This document shows positions 8,444 through 16,015 of a stretch of DNA of 16,015 bases, piece after piece (positions within the stretch are counted from its first letter, which is position 1; each line of letters starts with the position of its first letter). A model generated the notes under the pieces. That model made no database searches. It had not been told where the DNA came from and saw only the letters and a program-made list of their open reading frames with translations. This DNA is from a virus (Duplodnaviria > Heunggongvirae > Uroviricota > Caudoviricetes): IMG/VR virus record IMGVR_UViG_2851955134_000007, one strand, 5' to 3'. Both the position numbers and the translations under genes were made by a program.

Positions 8444-8489
8444 ACCTTAACTTAATGATTTTGATAAAAATCATTAGGGGATTCATCAG

Positions 8490-8620
8490 TGCTTGGCATT
8501 AACTTTCCCGTACAGATCCAGCTTGTTACTGTCTTTATTATAAATTTCAGCTGCCTGAGCAGACATCGTCATCAGTACTGATGCAGCTACAGCAGAAATT
8601 GCCACTGTTAATTTTTTCAT
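8490..8620 (-). pseudogene. nmpC: Porin NmpC, 5-prime portion (signal peptide plus first mature residues), separated from the rest by IS10
   Basis: Minus-strand translation MKKLTVAISAVAASVLMTMSAQAAEIYNKDSNKLDLYGKVNAKH: signal peptide with AQA-AE cleavage site. Reading frame joins exactly to the 3-prime portion once IS10 and one repeat copy are removed (1083 nt, 360 codons plus stop). Confidence 0.9.
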
Positions 8621-9208
8621 CGTGAGCCCTTTTTTTTGAACTATTATTAAAAAATGATGTCACTGCGCGATAAATATTCATCTAATCAATGTGATTATTT
8701 CAAGATGTAAGTTTTAGTTTCTCATTTAATTTGTGAAGTAGATCTCTATTTTTATCTGAACTTTTTCTATCGAAACCTATTTATGGCTCTTATTTGAACA
8801 AAAATAAACCTATTAGCTAATTTATATTAATGGCTGTTATTTATGGGGGTTCTATAATTCGGTGGTTTAATTTAAATCAACTAAAAATAACGCCGGAAAT
8901 TATTTATTGGTTATTTGTTGAGGTTTTCTTATATATTTGTGGTGGTGTTTTGAACACTCGGTAGCATTCTCATAAATATCATTCAGTGGTTTACGTACGT
9001 AAAAAATTGGTTATGCTGTTAAGAGTGGTTACTTCGTCACACAGCTTAAACCCGCCGTCGAGCTGGTTTTTCCATTTTTTGAGTCTCGATATTAGCTGAT
9101 AACTCAATACCTGAGTTATTCACTGACTCCGAGTCTGTTACGTTTCTGCTTTTTTGCGATACGTTGTATTCCCTCAATTTACACCCGCTTTGTCTGCGAG
9201 GTGGGGTT

Positions 9209-9424
9209 ATGAAATCCATGGATAAGTTAACAACGGGTGTCGCCTATGGCACCTCAGCAGGTAGTGCCGGTTACTGGTTTTTACAGCTGCTCGATAAAGT
9301 CACGCCCTCACAGTGGGCAGCAATAGGTGTGCTGGGTAGCCTGGTATTTGGCCTGCTGACGTACCTGACAAACCTTTATTTCAAGATTAAAGAAGATAAG
9401 CGCAAGGCTGCGAGAGGTGAATAA
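9209..9424 (+). CDS. essD: Class II holin / pinholin, phage-21 S type, 71 aa with dual start
   Basis: [71 protein letters not shown]; Met1-Lys-Ser-Met4 dual-start motif; GAGGTGGGG RBS. Matches phage 21 S as recalled. Confidence 0.9.
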
Positions 9425-9921
9425 TGCCTCCATCATTACGAAAAGCCGTTGCTGCTGCTATTGGTGGCGGAGCAATTGCTATAGCATCAGTGTTAATCAC
9501 TGGCCCAAGTGGTAACGATGGTCTGGAAGGTGTCAGCTACATACCATACAAAGATATTGTTGGTGTATGGACTGTATGTCACGGGCATACAGGAAAAGAC
9601 ATCATGCTCGGTAAAACGTATACCAAAGCAGAATGCAAAGCCCTCCTGAATAAAGACCTTGCCACGGTCGCCAGACAAATTAACCCGTACATAAAAGTTG
9701 ATATACCGGAAACAACGCGCGGCGCTCTTTACTCGTTCGTTTACAACGTGGGCGCTGGCAATTTCAGAACATCGACGCTTCTTCGCAAAATAAACCAGGG
9801 CGATATCAAAGGCGCATGTGATCAGCTACGTCGCTGGACATATGCTGGCGGTAAGCAATGGAAAGGTCTCATGACTCGTCGTGAGATTGAGCGTGAAATC
9901 TGTTTGTGGGGTCAGCAATGA
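9424..9921 (+). CDS. rrrD: SAR endolysin (T4-lysozyme-like, phage 21 R type), 165 aa
   Basis: N-terminal signal-anchor-release segment [20 protein letters not shown] followed by a lysozyme-like domain. Start overlaps the holin stop (TAATG). Confidence 0.9.
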   Translation: MPPSLRKAVAAAIGGGAIAIASVLITGPSGNDGLEGVSYIPYKDIVGVWTVCHGHTGKDIMLGKTYTKAECKALLNKDLATVARQINPYIKVDIPETTRGALYSFVYNVGAGNFRTSTLLRKINQGDIKGACDQLRRWTYAGGKQWKGLMTRREIEREICLWGQQ

Positions 9922-10379
9922 ACAGAGTAACCGCGATTATCTCCGCTCTGGTTATCTGCATCATCGTCTGCCTGTCATGGGCTGTTAATCATTACCGTGA
10001 TAACGCCATTACCTACAAAGCCCAGCGCGACAAAAATGCCAGAGAACTGAAGCTGGCGAACGCGGCAATTACTGACATGCAGATGCGCCAGCGTGATGTT
10101 GCTGCACTGGATGAAAAATACACGAAGGAGTTAGCTAATGCGAAAGCTGAAAATGATGCTCTGCGTGATGATGTTGCCGCTGGTCGTCGTCGGTTGCACA
10201 TCAAAGCAGTCTGTCAGTCAGTGCGTGAAGCCACCACCGCCTCCGGCGTGGATAATGCAGCCTCCCCCCGACTGGCAGACACCGCTGAACGGGATTATTT
10301 CACCCTCAGAGAGAGGCTGATCACTATGCAAAAACAACTGGAAGGAACCCAGAAGTATATTAATGAGCAGTGCAGATAG
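9918..10379 (+). CDS. rzpD: Rz inner-membrane spanin, about 153 aa
   Basis: N-terminal TM helix ([21 protein letters not shown]) then coiled-coil periplasmic region. ATG overlaps the endolysin stop (ATGA). Confidence 0.85.
   Translation: MNRVTAIISALVICIIVCLSWAVNHYRDNAITYKAQRDKNARELKLANAAITDMQMRQRDVAALDEKYTKELANAKAENDALRDDVAAGRRRLHIKAVCQSVREATTASGVDNAASPRLADTAERDYFTLRERLITMQKQLEGTQKYINEQCR
10138..10320 (+). CDS. rzoD: Rz1 outer-membrane lipoprotein spanin, 60 aa, embedded in Rz in the +1 frame
   Basis: [24 protein letters not shown]... with lipobox LVVVGC and proline-rich region [24 protein letters not shown] 7 nt upstream. Confidence 0.85.
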   Translation: MRKLKMMLCVMMLPLVVVGCTSKQSVSQCVKPPPPPAWIMQPPPDWQTPLNGIISPSERG

Positions 10380-10410
10380 AGCTGCCCATATCGATGGGCA
10401 ACTCATGCAA

Positions 10411-10704
10411 TTATTGTGAGCAATACACACGCGCTTCCAGCGGAGTATAAATGCCTAAAGTAATAAAACCGAGCAATCCATTTACGAATGTTTGCTGGGT
10501 TTCTGTTTTAACAACATTTTCTGCGCCGCCACAAATTTTGGCTGCATCAACAGTTTTCTCCTGTCCAATTCCCGAAACGAAGAAGTGATGGGTGATGGTT
10601 TCCTTTGGTGTTACTGCTGTCGGTTTGTTTCCAACAGTAAACGTCTGTTGAGCACATCCTGTAATAAGCATTGCCAGAGCGGCAGAAAACAACATTTTTT
10701 TCAT
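10411..10704 (-). CDS. borD: Bor lipoprotein (serum-resistance-associated), 97 aa
   Basis: MKKMLFSAALAMLITGCAQQTFTVGNKPTAVTPKETITHHFFVSGIGQEK... with lipobox LITGC. Recognised as lambda Bor. Start at internal Met17 of the ORF-track ORF. Confidence 0.85.
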   Translation of the reverse strand: MKKMLFSAALAMLITGCAQQTFTVGNKPTAVTPKETITHHFFVSGIGQEKTVDAAKICGGAENVVKTETQQTFVNGLLGFITLGIYTPLEARVYCSQ

Positions 10705-11063
10705 CTTATTATCCTGCATTGTTAAAAACGGCAGAATCCTATGTGACAACAATTAAACGATAGTTAAATGGATTGATGAAAATTAAAACTATATAGGTGG
10801 ATGCTCAGCCTATTGGAGGAGGGGGGCACTCAGAATCCTGTGGAATGAAATAAACCGCTCTTTCTGTCCATTACCCTTTTAGCTGCGCTGTATCGTCGCC
10901 GTATTCCCGCATTAACCATGACCGTAGCCCGACGGGGAATTCCTTCTGCGTGAGTGTGCGGGAATAATCAAAAACGATGCACACCGGGTTTTACTGTGCT
11001 GACAGACGCAGGGTTACCCTCATAGTCGCTTTTCCGGTGCGATGGTGGAAGAAACCGGGATGT

Positions 11064-11258
11064 TTATTCATCATCACTCTGGATTGATGTATATGCTCTC
11101 TTTTCTGACGTTAGTCTCCGACGGCAGGCTTCAATGACCCAGGCTGAGAAATTCCCAGACCCTTTTTGCTCAAGAGCGATGTTAATTTGTTCAATCATTT
11201 GGTTAGGAAAGCGGATGTTGCGGGTTGTTGTTCTGCGGGTTCTGTTCTTCGTTGACAT
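11064..11258 (-). CDS. Small RHH-like protein, 64 aa (MSTKNRTRRTTTRNIRFPNQMIEQINIALEQKG...)
   Basis: Basic N-terminus followed by a beta-strand-like IRFPNQMIEQI segment typical of ribbon-helix-helix proteins. Position corresponds to the small ORF next to cos at the lambda right end and to ylcI in DLP12 (recall, moderate certainty). Confidence 0.55.
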   Translation of the reverse strand: MSTKNRTRRTTTRNIRFPNQMIEQINIALEQKGSGNFSAWVIEACRRRLTSEKRAYTSIQSDDE

Positions 11259-11419
11259 GAGGTTGCCCCGTATTCAGTGTCGCTGATTTGTATTGTCTGA
11301 AGTTGTTTTTACGTTAAGTTGATGCAGATCAATTAATACGATACCTGCGTCATAATTGATTATTTGACGTGGTTTGATGGCGTAGATGCACGTTGTGACA
11401 TGTAGATGATAATTATTAT

Positions 11420-11640
11420 CATTTTGCGGGTCCTTTCCGGCGATCCGACAGGTTACGGGGCGGCGACCTCGCGGGTTTTCGCTATTTATGAAAATTTTCC
11501 GGTTTAAGGCATTTCCGTTCTTCTTCGTCGTAACTTAATGTTTTTATTTAAAATACCCCCTGAAAAGAAAGGAAACGACAGGTGCTGAAAACGAGCTTTT
11601 GGGCCTCTGTCGTTTCCTTTCTCTGTTTTTGGCCGTGGAA
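11420..11640 (+). other. cos: cos site: cosQ, cosN (12-nt cohesive end GGGCGGCGACCT at 11458-11469) and cosB with terminase-binding repeats
   Basis: Sequence ...CGGGTCCTTTCCGGCGATCCGACAGGTTACG|GGGCGGCGACCTCGCGGGTTTTCGCTATTTATGAAAATTTTCCGGTTTAAGGC... matches the joined right and left ends of phage lambda as recalled. R-element-like repeats AAAGGAAACGACAG (about 11569-11582) and CTGTCGTTTCCTTTCT (about 11608-11623). Confidence 0.85.
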
Positions 11641-11646
11641 TGAACA

Positions 11647-12192
11647 ATGGAAGTCAACAAAAAGCAGCTGGCTGACATTTTCGGTGCGAGTATCCGTACC
11701 ATTCAGAACTGGCAGGAACAGGGAATGCCCGTTCTGCGAGGCGGTGGCAAGGGTAATGAGGTGCTTTATGACTCTGCCGCCGTTATAAGATGGTATGCCG
11801 AAAGGGATGCTGAAATTGAGAACGAAAAGCTGCGCCGGGAAGTTGAAGAACTGCGGCAGGCCAGCGAGACAGATCTCCAGCCAGGGGCTATTGAGTACGA
11901 ACGCCATCGACTTACGCGTGCGCAGGCCGACGCACAGGAGCTGAAAAATGCCAGAGACTCCGCTGAAGTGGTGGAAACCGCATTCTGTACTTTCGTGCTG
12001 TCGCGGATCGCAGGTGAAATTGCCAGTATTCTCGACGGGATCCCCCTGTCGGTGCAGCGGCGTTTTCCGGAACTGGAAAACCGACATGTTGATTTCCTGA
12101 AACGGGATATCATCAAAGCCATGAACAAAGCAGCCGCGCTGGATGAACTGATACCGGGGTTGCTGAGTGAATATATCGAACAGTCAGGTTAA
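11647..12192 (+). CDS. nohD: Terminase small subunit Nu1, 181 aa
   Basis: MEVNKKQLADIFGASIRTIQNWQEQGMPVLRGGGKGNEVLYDSAAVIRWYAERD... near-identical to lambda Nu1 as recalled. Confidence 0.9.
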   Translation: MEVNKKQLADIFGASIRTIQNWQEQGMPVLRGGGKGNEVLYDSAAVIRWYAERDAEIENEKLRREVEELRQASETDLQPGAIEYERHRLTRAQADAQELKNARDSAEVVETAFCTFVLSRIAGEIASILDGIPLSVQRRFPELENRHVDFLKRDIIKAMNKAAALDELIPGLLSEYIEQSG

Positions 12193-12378
12193 CAGGCTGC
12201 GGCATTTTGTCCGCGCCGGGCTTCGCTCACTGTTCAGGCCGGAGCCACAGACCGCCGTTGAATGGGCGGATGCTAATTACTATCTCCCGAAAGAATCCGC
12301 ATACCAGGAAGGGCGCTGGGAAACACTGCCCTTTCAGCGGGCCATCATGAATGCGATGGGCAGCGACTATAACTGTTA
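12167..12378 (+). pseudogene. A: Terminase large subunit A, N-terminal approx 66 codons only
   Basis: MNISNSQVNRLRHFVRAGLRSLFRPEPQTAVEWADANYYLPKESAYQEGRWETLPFQRAIMNAMGSDY matches the lambda gpA N-terminus; similarity ends after GSDY at about 12376-12380. GTG start overlapping the Nu1 3-prime end, as in lambda. Confidence 0.8.
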
Positions 12379-13295
12379 TTAATGAAAATCCGACAGCACA
12401 AGGATATCAGGCAATTGCTGTAAACACGAATGATGCTTACACCTGCCCGGCAGGTTCTTATACGACGATATCGTGTCTGACGAAAAGTGATAATTCCCGG
12501 TGTCGTGCAAGGTTCGGAAAAATGTCTGATAATGGTGCGTTTGTTTTTCATTCAGATGCAGTTCTGGATCCTGTTACGGGAAATGTTGTTCATGGAAATA
12601 ATGTGACGGTGACGGCAGAAAGAGTCGGTGAATGGTGGTTGTTTACCGCCACTCTTTTTGCAGATGCGGAAATGATAATCAGCTCAAGATTTGAAATCCT
12701 GGCGATGCCTGGAATCAGTATTATCCCCAATGGCTCTACGTTAGATATTGCGATGCCTCAGGCGGAGATTGGGTCGTACAGGACGTCATTTATCATTACT
12801 GAAGGGGCTCCTGGCACTCGCTCCAGCGACATGGTGACAATACCTGTAAGAAACAATATTCACCGATTACCATTCAGTGCTCTTGTTGAAGTTAATAAAA
12901 ACTGGGATATCCCTCCCAGCAAATCACCATTAATCTTTAATGTTAAAGATTATCAGGAAAATGGTCTGTTCACGCATGGATTCCGTGGTAATAATTTCTC
13001 TGATGCCGGTTCTCCTTTTATTTCTATGGGAGGGTGTAATAAATATGTGGCAACAACCCAGAGGAAAATCATTTCAGGCTTCCGTTGTGGCGCTGATGGA
13101 GATGTTCAGGCCGTATGTAATGGTGAATTATCTGTTGCGGCAAAAACAACATGGACTTCAATTGTTCCACGGGCAGTATTGCGAATTGGAGGGCAGGGCA
13201 CTAATGGGGAGTATCATCTTTTTGGTCATATCCGTAATCTGCGTATCTGGCATAAAGAATTAACTGATGCGCAAATGGGGGAGAGTATTAAATGA
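12379..13295 (+). pseudogene. C-terminal approx 305 codons of a receptor-binding / lectin-like (LamG-type jelly-roll) protein, probable tail-fibre remnant fused to the A fragment
   Basis: Frame of ORF 12351-13295. No native start: the ORF ATG is an out-of-frame codon inside the A fragment. C-terminal segment LRIGGQGTNGEYHLFGHIRNLRIWHKELTDAQM resembles the final strands of concanavalin-A-like LamG domains. Domain assignment is from motif recall only. Confidence 0.45.
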
Positions 13296-13573
13296 AAGAT
13301 TTAACACTCAAATTTGCAGACAGGGCCGACTTTTCGGCCTTTATGGAGAGTATTGGCTATTATGATGACGAGTCGATGCAGGATGATATTCTTATTGACG
13401 TGATAGGTAACGTGTACAAAGAAACCGGAGAACTGACTGAAGATGGCGAACCGGTATGTGTTAAGGAAGACGGATATTTTGTAAACGTGCGCATCATTAA
13501 TGATGTAAAAAAATCGTCAATATTCGATAAATACGCGGTTGTTGTTGAGCATCAACTTCGTGGCTGGATGTGA
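13292..13573 (+). CDS. Hypothetical acidic protein, 93 aa
   Basis: ATG overlaps the stop of the upstream fragment (ATGA). Rich in D/E, no TM segment or recognised motif. Confidence 0.5.
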   Translation: MKDLTLKFADRADFSAFMESIGYYDDESMQDDILIDVIGNVYKETGELTEDGEPVCVKEDGYFVNVRIINDVKKSSIFDKYAVVVEHQLRGWM

Positions 13574-13582
13574 GGGAGACAA

Positions 13583-14251
13583 ATGGCTACATCGACAGTA
13601 ATTCCAGGAGATATCACCACGCTAAAGGGAGATGTCAGTAAAACTAAGGAAGATATTTCCTCAATTAACGGAAAAGTATCAACGCTTCAGACTGATATGA
13701 CCAGTGCAAAGCAGGATATCAGCACCAGATACACAAAAACTGAAGTTGATAATAAGCTGAAAAACAAACTGGAAGTGAACGATCTGGAAAGCGGTCGTTA
13801 TGGTGGAGATTTTTACCCGTTGACTGGCCGTGAAGCGTTTTATATGTGGGGATTGGGCACGACTACAGCGGCGGCAAACCTTTATCTTAATCCTGACCCT
13901 GCAATTTCGTCTGTACTGCGGTCAACATCGTCTATTCGCTATAAACATTCAGTAGAGACGATAGATTCAGAGCACGCCGATCTCATTTTCAGGATGCGCC
14001 CTGTGTGGTACAGGTCGCAATGCGAAAATGACAGGCGTGACTGGGGATTCTACGGATTGATTGCCGAGGAAGTAGGAGAAATTGCCCCTCAGTTTGTACA
14101 CTGGCGACCAGCTAACGAAGATGATGCTCCTGAAGCTATTTCCAGCAATGGCCTTGTTGCCGAAGGTGTAATGTACGAACGTCTGGTTGTTCCACTGATT
14201 CACCATATCCAGAAGCTGACTGAAAGAGTTGATGAACTTGAGTCAGATTAA
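13583..14251 (+). CDS. Coiled-coil protein with C-terminal intramolecular-chaperone-like domain (peptidase S74-like), 222 aa
   Basis: GAGGGAG RBS 4-5 nt upstream. N-terminal heptad-like segment (DISSINGKVSTLQTDMTSAKQDIS). C-terminal region SSIRYKHSVETIDSEHADLIFRMRPVWYRSQ...GFYGLIAEEVGEIAPQFV...EGVMYERLVVPLIHHIQKLTERVDELE resembles the self-cleaving chaperone domain of tail fibres/endosialidases, from motif recall. Confidence 0.55.
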   Translation: MATSTVIPGDITTLKGDVSKTKEDISSINGKVSTLQTDMTSAKQDISTRYTKTEVDNKLKNKLEVNDLESGRYGGDFYPLTGREAFYMWGLGTTTAAANLYLNPDPAISSVLRSTSSIRYKHSVETIDSEHADLIFRMRPVWYRSQCENDRRDWGFYGLIAEEVGEIAPQFVHWRPANEDDAPEAISSNGLVAEGVMYERLVVPLIHHIQKLTERVDELESD

Positions 14252-14256
14252 AGTTG

Positions 14257-14286
14257 TTATCCGTTTCCCGAAGCGATATCGGATAA
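14257..14286 (+). promoter_or_regulatory. Inverted repeat TTATCCG-N16-CGGATAA just upstream of the RBS of the 97 aa ORF
   Basis: Perfect 7-bp arms at 14257-14263 and 14280-14286; the spacer contains the palindrome CGATATCG. Right arm abuts the AAGGAGG Shine-Dalgarno (14286-14292). Confidence 0.35.
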
Positions 14287-14296
14287 AGGAGGAGTA

Positions 14297-14590
14297 ATGG
14301 ATATAACACCTTTCCTTCATGCGCTTTGTGCTGTGGCTGCGCAGCTACTGATTGGTCTTTTTACCGGGAACTGGGCTTACGGGGCGATAGCCGGTTGTAC
14401 GTTCTTCATTGCGCGTGAACACACCCAGGCAGAATATCGCTGGATCGAAATGTTCGGGCATGGCAAGCGAATGAATATGCCGTGGTGGGGCGGTTTTGAT
14501 ACACGTGCATGGGATGTGGCAAGCCTGATGGATTTTGCTGTGCCGGTGGTGGCGTGTCTGCTGGTCTGGCTGTTGGTTAATCGTGGGTGA
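14297..14590 (+). CDS. Hypothetical small membrane protein, 97 aa, predicted 2-3 TM helices
   Basis: Strong RBS AAGGAGG 4 nt before the ATG. Hydrophobic segments FLHALCAVAAQLLIGLFTGNWAYGAIAGCTFFIA and ASLMDFAVPVVACLLVWLLV. Confidence 0.5.
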   Translation: MDITPFLHALCAVAAQLLIGLFTGNWAYGAIAGCTFFIAREHTQAEYRWIEMFGHGKRMNMPWWGGFDTRAWDVASLMDFAVPVVACLLVWLLVNRG

Positions 14591-15265
14591 AAAAAGGTGA
14601 GCTGTATATGCAACGGAGGAAGAAAACTCGTTGCTGGAAGCCTGGAAAAAGTATCGGGTGCTGCTAAACCGTGTGGACACTTCCGTAGCACCAGATATCG
14701 AGTGGCTTATTCAACCATAATAAACAGTATGTATATCATAGGTTATTAATTGTGAGTTTTTTCGGTGTGTTATTTGTTTGTTTGATGTTATGCTTTTGCG
14801 CCCCAAAAGGTTGTTTAGATGTATTTTATCAATTGATTTTCAATGTCGTTTAATAAAGAAAAATTAAGCAAGCTGGATGTTGGTTTTTTGTTAATTGAAT
14901 GGTTCTAATAATGTTTTTTTACTGTTGTTGAATGTGACTTGATAAGAAATGCAAGTAAAAATGATACTCTTTTTATTTTAAATTCAAACGGTTGACATAT
15001 ATATAGCAAGAGGTTTCAGGTGCGTTGTAGTGAGTTTATGTTAATAAAAAGTATAGTAAGCGTTGAAAAATGTAACTTTGAAATACGTTAGAATAAAAAA
15101 CAATATACATATAATAATTTAATCTTAAATGAAATTTATTAAAATTTGCAAACTATAATTTTGTGTATAAAAATATAAATGCACATCATCCTGATTATGA
15201 TTGTGTATTTAATTGGTTGTTATTTGACTGCTATCAACTTGTTTTAATTTTATGATAGGTGCAAG

Positions 15266-16015
15266 ATGGATTATGTTTGCTCCGTAGTTTTCATCTGTCA
15301 ATCATTTGATTTAATTATAAACAGGAGAGTTATCTCGTTCAAAAAAAATTCATTGTTTATTGTAAGCGACAAAATTAGAAGGGAGTTACCAGTATGCCCC
15401 TCTAAACTAAGAATTGTTGATATAGATAAGAAAACATGTTTATCCTTTTTTATCGACGTGAATAATGAGCTGCCTGGCAAATTTACTCTTGATAAGAATG
15501 GCTATATTGCTGAAGAGGAACCTCCATTATCGCTTGTTTTTTCTCTGTTTGAAGGGATTAAAATAGCAGACTCACACTCCCTTTGGTTAAAAGAAAGACT
15601 ATGTATATCCTTACTTGCCATGTTCAAAAAACGCGAAAGTGTAAATTCATTTATACTAACAAATATAAATACATTTACCTGTAAAATTACTGGAATAATC
15701 AGTTTTAATATTGAGCGGCAATGGCATTTAAAAGATATTGCGGAATTAATTTATACGAGTGAAAGTTTAATAAAAAAAAGATTAAGGGATGAAGGAACGT
15801 CATTTACTGAAATATTGAGAGATACTAGGATGAGGTATGCAAAAAAACTCATAACTTCAAACTCTTATTCTATCAATGTCGTAGCCCAGAAATGTGGCTA
15901 TAACAGTACTTCATATTTCATATGTGCATTTAAAGATTATTATGGTGTCACGCCATCTCATTATTTTGAGAAAATAATCGGCGTCACAGATGGAATAAAC
16001 AAAACAATTGACTGA
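15266..16015 (+). CDS. appY: AraC-family transcriptional activator AppY, 249 aa
   Basis: [56 protein letters not shown]... with C-terminal AraC-type HTH ([28 protein letters not shown]). Recognised as E. coli AppY. Very AT-rich gene and upstream region. Confidence 0.9.

Larger units (their letters stand above)
7161..8489 (-). mobile_element. IS10 insertion sequence, complete, 1329 bp
   Basis: Inside end CTGAGAGATCCCCTCATAATTTCCCC at 7161 and outside end ...TTGATAAAAATCATTAGGGGATTCATCAG at 8489. Flanked by the 9-bp direct repeat TGCTTGGCA (7152-7160 and 8490-8498). Confidence 0.95.

Noticed and set aside
8621-9160. Possible small gene or CRISPR-like repeats in the AT-rich region between the nmpC start and the holin
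   Set aside because: No ORF with RBS and no regularly spaced direct repeats; best read as the porin promoter/regulatory region.
10013-10430. Minus-strand ORFs of 63 and 70 aa overlapping Rz/Rz1
   Set aside because: Antisense to the spanin genes; one is driven by a poly-G tract (GGGGGGGG). Shadow ORFs.
10753-11063. Possible coding sequence between bor and the 64 aa ORF
   Set aside because: Only very short ORFs (15-29 codons) without convincing RBSs on either strand; treated as a degraded remnant.
11548-12128. Minus-strand ORFs of 179 and 120 aa antisense to Nu1
   Set aside because: Nu1 on the plus strand is near-identical to lambda and lambda has no gene on the opposite strand here; shadow ORFs.
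12940-13263. Plus-strand 107 aa ORF in an alternative frame within the lectin-like fragment
   Set aside because: Nested inside a longer ORF with a recognisable domain ending; no RBS.
13967-14691. Minus-strand ORFs of 79, 111 and 104 aa antisense to the 222 aa and 97 aa genes
   Set aside because: Low-complexity translations (Pro/His/Ser-rich), no RBS, opposite to genes with strong RBSs.

Overview
This 16 kb window reads as a degraded, DLP12-like cryptic lambdoid prophage of Escherichia coli, running from the integrase stop codon (position 1) to the appY stop codon (16015). All identifications rest on reading the translations and on recalled knowledge of phage lambda, phage 21 and DLP12; no database search was run. 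Gene order: int and xis (minus), three small leftward accessory ORFs, a deletion scar, a lambda P C-terminal fragment, ren, a tR2-like terminator, ninB, an orphan N6-adenine methyltransferase, ninE, two small ORFs, rusA, ylcG, a phage-82-type Q antiterminator (quuD), then the OmpC-family porin nmpC (minus) split cleanly by a complete IS10 with a 9-bp target duplication. After that come a phage-21-type lysis cassette (pinholin, SAR endolysin, Rz with embedded Rz1), bor (minus), a small RHH-like ORF, a lambda-type cos site, the small terminase subunit, and only the first ~66 codons of the large terminase subunit fused to an unrelated lectin-like fragment. The best candidate for something undescribed is the compact three-gene cassette at 13292-14590 (acidic 93 aa protein, 222 aa coiled-coil protein with a putative self-cleaving chaperone domain, 97 aa membrane protein), sitting between that scar and the AT-rich appY locus. 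I cannot assign it a function from sequence alone and it may simply be tail-fibre remnants. No tRNA, rRNA or CRISPR array was seen.
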